Made by a program: the position numbers and the translations under genes. From assembly GCA_003563985.1 (NCBI GenBank), contig PWSR01000147.1:1-53715 (forward strand): 53,715 nucleotides of DNA. The letters are read 5' to 3'. Positions 46,503 to 53,715 of this stretch are shown here, piece by piece (within the stretch, counting starts at the first letter, position 1; every line of letters starts with the position of its first letter). The notes under the pieces are model-generated. The model saw only the letters and a list, made by a program, of their open reading frames with translations. It made no database searches and was not told the origin of the DNA. This DNA comes from Clostridia bacterium (lineage in GTDB: Bacteria > Bacillota > Sulfobacillia > SLMV01).

Positions 46503-47312
46503 ATGACGCCGCTGGATGCCCTGGTGGCCGTGGTCGATGTCGTCCTCATCGCGTATATCATCTACCGCATCATCCTCCTCATCCGTGGTACGCGCGCCAT
46601 ACATCTCGTCCAGGGTCTCGTGGTCTTACTCGTGATTACCGTGGTCAGCGGGTGGTTGAATCTATCGGCCATCAATTGGCTGCTGACCCAGGCTCAACTA
46701 TCTTTGCTGGTTGCCATCCCCATCGTATTCCAACCGGAGCTGCGACGGGCGTTGGAACACGTGGGGCGCGGACGGTTGTTCGGGCCGGGGATCGGCAGCC
46801 TTGAGCGCCCGGACCTGGAACAATTGCTCAGCGATCTGGGTCGGGCCATGCGCACCATGTCCCGGAACAAGGTGGGCGCCCTCATCGTCTTGGAACGGGA
46901 GACCGGCCTGGAGGAATTCGCCGAGACGGGCATTCGTATCGATGGCAGGGTTTCCGCGGAGTTCCTGGTGAACATATTCATCCCGAATACGCCGTTGCAC
47001 GACGGCGCAGTCATTATTCGCGGTAACCGCGTCACGGCCGCCGCCTGCTTCCTGCCCCTGACCGAATCGGCGGTGGATGCCAAGATGGGCGGGCGGCATC
47101 GGGCTGCCCTGGGAATTAGCGAGCAAACCGACGCGGTGGTTCTCATCGTCTCCGAGGAGACGGGAGCGATCTCCCTCGCCCGGGCGGGTAAACTGATCCG
47201 GAACGTGGACGAGGACACCGTGCACGAGATGCTCGAAGAATTGCTGGCCCGAAATGAACGGAGCTCGGTCTTCTCCTACTTGAGCCAATCGGGAGGTGGT
47301 GGAGGTGAGTAG
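46503..47312 (+). CDS. cdaA: Diadenylate cyclase CdaA (DacA)
   Basis: Three N-terminal TM helices and a DAC domain with HDGAVII and GGRHRAALG motifs. ATG 46503 is preferred over the track start at 46455. Confidence 0.93.
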   Translation: MTPLDALVAVVDVVLIAYIIYRIILLIRGTRAIHLVQGLVVLLVITVVSGWLNLSAINWLLTQAQLSLLVAIPIVFQPELRRALEHVGRGRLFGPGIGSLERPDLEQLLSDLGRAMRTMSRNKVGALIVLERETGLEEFAETGIRIDGRVSAEFLVNIFIPNTPLHDGAVIIRGNRVTAAACFLPLTESAVDAKMGGRHRAALGISEQTDAVVLIVSEETGAISLARAGKLIRNVDEDTVHEMLEELLARNERSSVFSYLSQSGGGGGE

Positions 47313-48348
47313 GTTCCTATTCAACGATCGCTTTGTCCTGGCGCTGGCCATCTTCGTGGCCCTGGTGCTGTGGGTCCAGGTCACCGGAGGTAGCGCGCGG
47401 GAGTTACAGAGAACCTTCACCGGGATCCCCCTGGGCTGGCGAGATATTCCCGAAGAGCTGGCGGTACTGGAAATTACCCCGGCACAGGTCGACGTGACAT
47501 TGCGCGGGGATCGGGAGATCATGCAGGATTTGACCCGGGACGATTTCATCGCCACCGTGAGCCTGGCCGGGGCGGAGTCCGGGACCCTCAATTACTTCGT
47601 CACCGTTTCCGTACCCCGGGGCATTCAATTGGTGCAGGTGGCGCCGCAGACCGTAAGCGTAGCCCTCGAGCGGGAGGTCGAAGAGGTTTATCCGGTGCGG
47701 GTGGAACTGACGGGCGTACCCAACGTGGAATTGGCCGCGCCGTCAACGGATCCCGCACAGGTCGTGGTTAATGGTCCCGCCAGCCGGATGCGAGAGGTGA
47801 GTCGGGTGATCGCCCAGGTCGACGTGGATGGCCTCGAACGGGATTTGCGGGAGCGGGTACTTTGCACCCCGGTGGACATCCGGGGAGAGCCCGTCCGCGG
47901 TGTCCTGGTGACGCCCCGGCAGATCGATATTTCGGTACCCCTCGAGGCCAGTCAGATGACCCTCGACCTGCCGGTACGTCCGGTCCTGTTCGGGGAACTT
48001 CCCGGGAACTTGGCTCTGCGGGAGATCGTCCCCGACCCGGCGGAGGTTTCCGCGACGGGGCCGGAGTCGCAGGTCCTGGAGATCAGTTACTTGGTGACAG
48101 CGCCCATCGATCTCGCGACGCTGGATCTCGAGGATGCCGACATCGTTCGAGTGATTAGCCCAGAGGACGAGGAGGTAGAAGGGGAAGACGAGGAGGATGC
48201 GGAGGGCGAGGAACTCGCCGTCGGGGATTACCTGTATTTTGAAGTGACCGGCCAGGTCCGGGTACCCGGTGATGCCGGGGCGCGGGAGATCGTCCTCGAG
48301 CCGCGGGTGATTACGTTGACCATTGTTCTCCAGGTAGTGGAGCCCTGA
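47296..48348 (+). CDS. cdaR: CdaA regulator CdaR (YbbR-domain protein)
   Basis: N-terminal TM, repeated YbbR-like beta-rich modules, and an acidic tail. Sits immediately after cdaA. Confidence 0.85.
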   Translation: MVEVSRFLFNDRFVLALAIFVALVLWVQVTGGSARELQRTFTGIPLGWRDIPEELAVLEITPAQVDVTLRGDREIMQDLTRDDFIATVSLAGAESGTLNYFVTVSVPRGIQLVQVAPQTVSVALEREVEEVYPVRVELTGVPNVELAAPSTDPAQVVVNGPASRMREVSRVIAQVDVDGLERDLRERVLCTPVDIRGEPVRGVLVTPRQIDISVPLEASQMTLDLPVRPVLFGELPGNLALREIVPDPAEVSATGPESQVLEISYLVTAPIDLATLDLEDADIVRVISPEDEEVEGEDEEDAEGEELAVGDYLYFEVTGQVRVPGDAGAREIVLEPRVITLTIVLQVVEP

Positions 48349-48384
48349 GGGTAGGAACCCGGGGTCGGAAATGGGAGGGATTGC

Positions 48385-49743
48385 ATGTCGCCGTCGTTGT
48401 TCGGAACCGATGGTGTCAGGGGAGTCGTCAACAAAGAGCTCACGCCCCGGCTGGTCTTTGACTTGGTCGAATCGGCCGCGGGCTTCTTTGGCCGACGGGC
48501 TGCCGATCTACCGGTACGCGGAGTCGTGGCGGTCGGGCGCGACACGCGGCGATCGGGGGATATGTTGCTGGGATCGGTGGTGGCGGCGGTTACCAGTTCG
48601 GGTTTCGACGTGTTGGACATGGGGGTCGTCCCGACGCCGGCGGTGGCCCACGCGGCGGCGGGAAACGATGAAATCATCGGCGGGGTCGTCATATCCGCCA
48701 GTCACAATCCCGCCGATTACAATGGCATCAAGTTCTTCGATGGCGATGGCTTCAAGCTGACCCCGGACGATGAGGCGGAGATCGAGGGCGCCATGGGTTC
48801 GCCGGGGAACCGCGCCGATCCGGGGGATCTCGGATCGACCCGGCGAGGTGACCGGTACGTGTGGGCCTATCTGCAGCACCTCACGACGTCCCTCGACCTG
48901 GAGTCCGATTCCCTGGCCGGGCTCCGCGTCGCCCTGGATTGCTCCAACGGAGCCGGTTATCGCCTCGGTCCCGCCGCTTTTCGGTCTGCGGGGGCCGAAG
49001 TGACCGCCATCTACGATCGGCCCGACGGCTACAACATCAATGTCGATTGTGGTTCTACCCGGCCCGAAGCACTGATCGGCATGATGACCGCGGGGGATTA
49101 CGATGTCGGTTTTGCCCTGGATGGAGATGCCGACCGGATCGCTGCCGTCACGCCACAGGGCCGCGTCCTGGACGGCGACGACATACTGTACATCATCGCG
49201 CGGGACATGATGGATGCCGGAGAACTGAGTGGAGAGGCCGTGGTCGCCACGATCATAAATAACCTCGGCCTCGGCACCTGCCTCGAGCCCCTGGGGGTCC
49301 AGATGGTAACCTGCCCCGTCGGCGATCGAGAGATCATGATGGCCATGCGCGAACGGGGAGCGACGCTGGGCGGCGAGATATCGGGACACATCGTCCTGGG
49401 CCACTGTGCGACGACCGGCGATGGAATCCTCTCGGCCCTGATCGTCGCCCGCGCCCAGGTAAAGGGGGATCGCGATGTAGAGGAACTGGTGGCCGGGTTC
49501 GAAAAGTATCCCCAGGTGGTGAAGAACGTGCCCGTCCGTGATCGCGACGGATTGGCGGGGGATGCATCGATCCAGGAGGCCATTTCCCGGGTCGAGGAAG
49601 AACTGGGTGACGATGGTCGCATCATCGTGCGTCCGTCGGGAACGGAGCCGGTGGTCCGCATCTTGATCGAAGGACCAAGAAGGGAGATGATAGAGCGAAT
49701 GGCAAATCGGTTGGCCGATATCGTGGCCGATCGCCTAGGTTAA
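48385..49743 (+). CDS. glmM: Phosphoglucosamine mutase
   Basis: FGTDGVRG and the active-site SASHNPADYNGIKFF. Confidence 0.97.
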   Translation: MSPSLFGTDGVRGVVNKELTPRLVFDLVESAAGFFGRRAADLPVRGVVAVGRDTRRSGDMLLGSVVAAVTSSGFDVLDMGVVPTPAVAHAAAGNDEIIGGVVISASHNPADYNGIKFFDGDGFKLTPDDEAEIEGAMGSPGNRADPGDLGSTRRGDRYVWAYLQHLTTSLDLESDSLAGLRVALDCSNGAGYRLGPAAFRSAGAEVTAIYDRPDGYNINVDCGSTRPEALIGMMTAGDYDVGFALDGDADRIAAVTPQGRVLDGDDILYIIARDMMDAGELSGEAVVATIINNLGLGTCLEPLGVQMVTCPVGDREIMMAMRERGATLGGEISGHIVLGHCATTGDGILSALIVARAQVKGDRDVEELVAGFEKYPQVVKNVPVRDRDGLAGDASIQEAISRVEEELGDDGRIIVRPSGTEPVVRILIEGPRREMIERMANRLADIVADRLG

Positions 49744-49779
49744 ACGAGGGGATCGCTTTGCCCGCACCCCGAAGTACCC

Positions 49780-49925
49780 AAGCGCCTGGACCCGCCCTGG
49801 GGCGGGTTGACGAGGATGGAGTTCATCGAGTTTTCGGCGGATGCTCCACGATTGGATCGATCGTTACCGGGGTCTCAAATCCCGGGGGTAACCCCGGGGA
49901 CAACGGATCCCGGATGGTCCGGCGG
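49780..49925 (+). promoter_or_regulatory. glmS ribozyme-riboswitch
   Basis: AAGCGCCTGGAC (cleavage-site region), P1 hairpin cccgccc/gggcggg, conserved core GGGTTGACGAGGATGGAGTTCATCGAGTTTTCGGCGGATGCTCC, and a P4-type CAAATCCCGGGGGTAACCCCGGGGACAA. Sits directly upstream of glmS. The ends are approximate. Confidence 0.9.
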
Positions 49926-49972
49926 GTGAATGCGTCCCCCTTTCGTCCTATTCTCCGGGAGGGGGAAATATC

Positions 49973-51829
49973 GTGTGTGGTATTGTCGGATATATCGGAG
50001 ATCGTTCGGCCACGGAGGTCATCCTGGAGGGACTCAAGAGGCTCGAGTACCGGGGGTATGATTCCGCCGGCGTGGCCCTGGTCCCCCGAGAGGGAGGACC
50101 GATCCAGGTCATCAAGCGCCGGGGCGAGATCGCGCAGGGACTCGAGGTGGGACTGCAGGAGGATCCTCCGTCGGCTTCGGCCAGCGGGATCGGGCACACC
50201 CGCTGGGCGACCCATGGTGCACCCAACGACGTCAACGCGCATCCCCACACGGACTGCAACGAGGGATTGGCCGTCGTCCACAACGGCATCATCGAAAACT
50301 ACCTGGAACTCCGCGAAGACCTGCGAAAGGATGGGCACGGGTTTCGTTCCGAGGCGGACACCGAAGTCATACCGCACCTGATCGAGCGCTATCGGGATTC
50401 CGGTGCGGATCTCCTCGGGGCGACCCTGGAGGCCTGCAAGTACCTCCGCGGCGCCTACGCCCTGGCCGTCGTCGAGACCGGGGGAGACGGTCGCGAGGAG
50501 GCGATTATCGGGGTGCGCCAGCAGAGCCCTCTCGTCGTCGGAATCGGCGACGGCGAGTACTTCTTGGCCTCGGATATCGCCGCCCTGCTCCCCTACACCC
50601 GGGACGTCGTGATCCTGGAAAATGGTGACTTCGCCGTCCTCACCCGCGAAGGTTATCGGTTGTACGATTCCGGGGGATGCCGGGTGGAACGGCCCGTCGA
50701 GCGGGTGGCGTGGGATGCGGAGGCCGCCGAACGCGGTGGGCATCCCCATTTCATGATCAAGGAGATATTGGAACAACCTCAGGCCTGGGTCCATGCACTG
50801 CAGGGACGCGTGGGGGGAGATGGGATCATCCTGCCGGAATTGGAGCGGGCGAGTGAAGTCGTCCACCGTCTCTCGGAAGTGTACCTGATCGGCTGTGGAA
50901 CCTCCTATCACGCGGCCCTGGCGGCCGCCCCGCAATTCGAAAGCCTACTGCGCATACCGGCCCGGGCGGAAATCGCGTCGGAGTTCCGATATCGACAGCC
51001 CAACCTGGACGAGAATACGCTAGTAATATTCGTGAGCCAGTCCGGGGAGACCGCCGATACGTTGGCCTGCCTGGACATTGCTCGGGACGCCGGTTCCCCC
51101 ACCCTGGGGATCACGAACGTCGTCGGTTCATCCCTGGCCAGGGGGGCCGAGGACGTGGTCTTTACCCGTGCCGGCCCGGAGATATCCGTGGCATCGACGA
51201 AAACCTATACGACCCAACTCCTGATCCTCGACCTGATCGCCTGCCACCTGGGATCGATCCTCGGGCTGGATGAGCGGGGCAGAGAGCAGGTTTCCTCCAT
51301 TCTGGAGGCCGCCCCGGATCTCCCCGGGCTGGGCGAGGCCCTCCTGGCGGACCAGGAAGCCATCCACCGCGTGGCGGATTATATCGCCGGCTGGGAGGAC
51401 GCCTTCTTTATCGGTCGCGGCCTGGATTTCGCGGCGGCAGTAGAGGGGCAATTGAAGCTCAAGGAGATTTCTTACATTCACGCTGAACCCATGGCCGCCG
51501 GAGAACTCAAGCACGGTACCCTGGCTCTGATCGAGCAGAACATACCCGTGGTCGCCATATCGACCCAGGATCACCTGCGGGACAAGATCGCATCGAATGT
51601 CGAAGTCGTGCGAGCCCGCGGCGGCTGGGTGTGCGTCGTGACCGACCGTGACGATGACGCCGCCGCGGGCGTGGCGGACGAGGTCATCGCCGTGCCGAGG
51701 ACCGCCCCGCTGCTCTCCCCGGTGCTGGTGGGCACCGCGCTTCAACTGCTGGCCTACCACACTGCCGTGTTGCGCGGGTGTCCCGTCGATAAGCCCAGGA
51801 ACCTGGCCAAGAGCGTTACCGTGGAGTGA
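49973..51829 (+). CDS. glmS: Glutamine--fructose-6-phosphate aminotransferase
   Basis: N-terminal nucleophile (M)CGIVGY, two SIS domains, C-terminal ...KPRNLAKSVTVE. GTG start after GGGAGGGGG. Confidence 0.98.
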   Translation: MCGIVGYIGDRSATEVILEGLKRLEYRGYDSAGVALVPREGGPIQVIKRRGEIAQGLEVGLQEDPPSASASGIGHTRWATHGAPNDVNAHPHTDCNEGLAVVHNGIIENYLELREDLRKDGHGFRSEADTEVIPHLIERYRDSGADLLGATLEACKYLRGAYALAVVETGGDGREEAIIGVRQQSPLVVGIGDGEYFLASDIAALLPYTRDVVILENGDFAVLTREGYRLYDSGGCRVERPVERVAWDAEAAERGGHPHFMIKEILEQPQAWVHALQGRVGGDGIILPELERASEVVHRLSEVYLIGCGTSYHAALAAAPQFESLLRIPARAEIASEFRYRQPNLDENTLVIFVSQSGETADTLACLDIARDAGSPTLGITNVVGSSLARGAEDVVFTRAGPEISVASTKTYTTQLLILDLIACHLGSILGLDERGREQVSSILEAAPDLPGLGEALLADQEAIHRVADYIAGWEDAFFIGRGLDFAAAVEGQLKLKEISYIHAEPMAAGELKHGTLALIEQNIPVVAISTQDHLRDKIASNVEVVRARGGWVCVVTDRDDDAAAGVADEVIAVPRTAPLLSPVLVGTALQLLAYHTAVLRGCPVDKPRNLAKSVTVE

Positions 51830-52269
51830 TGTCCATGGGCGGTGGCGATGTCATCTTAGGTGTCGGCACGGACATCGTGCAGGTCTCTCGAATCGCGCGG
51901 GTCGTCGAGGGGCGCGGCGAGGCCTTCCTCGATCGCGTTTACACTCCGGGAGAGTTGCAGTACGCTGGGGATGGTAAGGATCGAGACCGCAGGTTGGCAG
52001 GCCGTTGGGCCGCCAAGGAAGCGGTTCGCAAGACCCTGCGGGGCGAACTCAGCCGCGTCGCCTGGCGCGATGTGGAGGTGTTCTCCGGTCCGGCCGGAGA
52101 ACCCTCGGTTCGCCTCCGGGGAGAAGCCGCCCGGGCGATGGAAGTCCTGGGCGGGACCGATGTACACCTTAGCCTCAGCCATTCGGGCGACGTTGCCATC
52201 GCCGTGGCACTCCTGGTGGCCCGGAGCGCGACGCGATGCGGAGGGGGGAGTCCAGGTCGTGGAAGATGA
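51826..52269 (+). CDS. acpS: Holo-[acyl-carrier-protein] synthase
   Basis: GVGTDIVQVSRI, WAAKEAVRK, SLSHSGDVAIA. The start (GTG 51826 or ATG 51829/51835) overlaps or abuts the glmS stop. Confidence 0.9.
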   Translation: MMSMGGGDVILGVGTDIVQVSRIARVVEGRGEAFLDRVYTPGELQYAGDGKDRDRRLAGRWAAKEAVRKTLRGELSRVAWRDVEVFSGPAGEPSVRLRGEAARAMEVLGGTDVHLSLSHSGDVAIAVALLVARSATRCGGGSPGRGR

Positions 52270-53715
52270 TTTCCGTTACGTTCTCACATCGGAGCAGATG
52301 AAGATCGCCGACCGCACTGCCATGGAGGAACGAGGCATTCCGGGAGTGGATCTCATGGAGGCCGCCGCCCGGGGCGTGGTGGCCGAGGTGATGGCGATCC
52401 GCGTACCGGGGGAATCGGTTGCCGTATTGGTCGGCCCCGGCAACAACGGGGGCGACGGATTCGCGGTCGCTCGTTTTCTCCACGTTCGGGGCGTGCCCGT
52501 CCAGGTCATCGCCGCGGCCCCGCCGGACGCCATGACGGGCGATGCGGCGGAAATGGTCAGGAGATTGTCCCTCTATCCCGTCCCGGTCCATCGCGTCCTG
52601 GATGCCGACGGTACCCTGGACGTGGAGACCGTCGATCGGGTTCTGGGTTGGGCGGCCGTGACCGTGGACGCGCTCCTGGGCACCGGGCTCGAGGGTTCCC
52701 TGCGCCATCCCTACGATAAGTTGATCGCTTCCATTAACCGAGCCCACACCCGCGTGGTGTCCGTGGACGTGCCCAGCGGCTGCGATGCGGACTCCGGAAG
52801 CGGCCTTCCCGTCTCCGTGATGGCCGACGTGACCGTGACCTTCGGCGCGCCGAAGCCGGGCATCCTACTGGAACCCGGCAATCTGGCGGCGGGCAGGGTG
52901 AGACTGAAAGAGATCGGCGTTCCCCGCGACGTGCTGCGGGAAGCCTGGGGCACGGGTCCCTCGCGATTGATTTGGACCCACGAAGACCAGGTTCGCTCCT
53001 ATCTCCCGGCGCGTTCTGCCGTCGGGCACAAGGGTACCTTTGGCCACATCCTCGTCGTCGGGGGATCGCCGGGTCTGACGGGGGCCCCCACGATGACTGC
53101 GGAGGCGGCATTGCGAACGGGTGCGGGAACGGTAACGTGCGCCATAGCGGACTGGCTGCAACCCATTCTCGCTTCGAAATTGACGGAGGCCATGACCATC
53201 GGTCTTCCCACGGTGGACGAGGAACTGATCGTCCCGGCGGCCGTGGATATGCTCGCGAATATATTGCTCGAAGCCGACGGTCTGGCCATCGGCCCCGGTT
53301 TGGGACGCGACGCGGATGCCCGGGAACTCGTGGTGGATCTACTGGAAGAACTGGGTGATCGAAGCGCACCTCCCATCGTCCTGGACGCCGACGCCATCAA
53401 TGCCCTGGCGCCGGATCCGGGACTCGTCCGCACCTTCGGACTGGAGGGGCGTATCGTATTGACGCCCCATCCCGGGGAACTGGCGCGCCTGGTGGACGAG
53501 GACTTGAATGCAATCACCGCGGATCGGGCGGGGTGGGCCCGCCGGGCGGCCACCCTCACCGGCGGCGTCATTCTCCTGAAGGGCGCTCCGGCGGTAATCG
53601 CCTCGCCCGGCGGTACAGTGGCCGTAAATTCCACCGGGAACGTCGGCCTGGCCACCGGGGGATCCGGCGATGTGCTCACCGGTATCGTCGCGGCCCTCCT
53701 GGCCGAGGGAACACC
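52259..53715 (+). CDS. nnr: Bifunctional NAD(P)H-hydrate repair enzyme Nnr (epimerase plus ADP-dependent dehydratase), partial at the 3' end
   Basis: Absent from the ORF track because it has no stop in the window. My translation from GTG 52259 gives YVLTSEQMKIADR...VGPGNNGGDGF (YjeF_N domain), then HKGTFGHILVVGGS...TPHPGE...GGSGDVLTG (carbohydrate-kinase-like dehydratase domain). Confidence 0.9.
   Translation, partial: MEDDFRYVLTSEQMKIADRTAMEERGIPGVDLMEAAARGVVAEVMAIRVPGESVAVLVGPGNNGGDGFAVARFLHVRGVPVQVIAAAPPDAMTGDAAEMVRRLSLYPVPVHRVLDADGTLDVETVDRVLGWAAVTVDALLGTGLEGSLRHPYDKLIASINRAHTRVVSVDVPSGCDADSGSGLPVSVMADVTVTFGAPKPGILLEPGNLAAGRVRLKEIGVPRDVLREAWGTGPSRLIWTHEDQVRSYLPARSAVGHKGTFGHILVVGGSPGLTGAPTMTAEAALRTGAGTVTCAIADWLQPILASKLTEAMTIGLPTVDEELIVPAAVDMLANILLEADGLAIGPGLGRDADARELVVDLLEELGDRSAPPIVLDADAINALAPDPGLVRTFGLEGRIVLTPHPGELARLVDEDLNAITADRAGWARRAATLTGGVILLKGAPAVIASPGGTVAVNSTGNVGLATGGSGDVLTGIVAALLAEGT

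Overview
High-GC bacterial chromosomal segment (GC not computed). It is densely coding and almost entirely on the + strand. The exceptions are a two-component pair at the left edge, one GT4-CsaB fusion gene and one flavodoxin gene, all on the - strand. Content is mostly core housekeeping: an F0-only ATP synthase operon, secA-prfB, ftsEX-M23-ctp-PDZ membrane protein, uvrB-uvrA-uvrC, rapZ-whiA, rex, cdaA-cdaR-glmM-glmS, and acpS-nnr. From memory, the gene order closely resembles the Bacillus subtilis yvc/yvj/yvl region. I therefore infer a high-GC member of Bacillota or a related lineage; this is inference only. Two structured RNAs are clear: RNase P RNA (about 16261-16650) and a glmS ribozyme (about 49780-49925). 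prfB carries the classical programmed +1 frameshift site. I found no rRNA, tRNA, CRISPR array, transposase or integrase, and no recognisable defence or toxin genes. I cannot point to a clear-cut new biological system. The best candidates for something undescribed are: (1) a tightly coupled four-gene module at 2998-7158, comprising an aldo/keto reductase-ferredoxin fusion, a COG3199 NAD-kinase-like protein, a ThiF-type adenylyltransferase with an extra N-terminal domain and no sulfur-carrier partner, and a YibE/F membrane protein; (2) an atp operon that stops after subunit b, with a c subunit carrying the full Na+-binding signature; (3) a 707-bp gene-free stretch at 11759-12465 in an otherwise compact region; (4) a TagA / split transketolase / GT4::CsaB fusion cell-wall polymer module. 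Many ORF-track entries are antisense or off-frame shadow ORFs, which are typical of high-GC DNA. Several true genes start downstream of the longest-ORF start given in the track.
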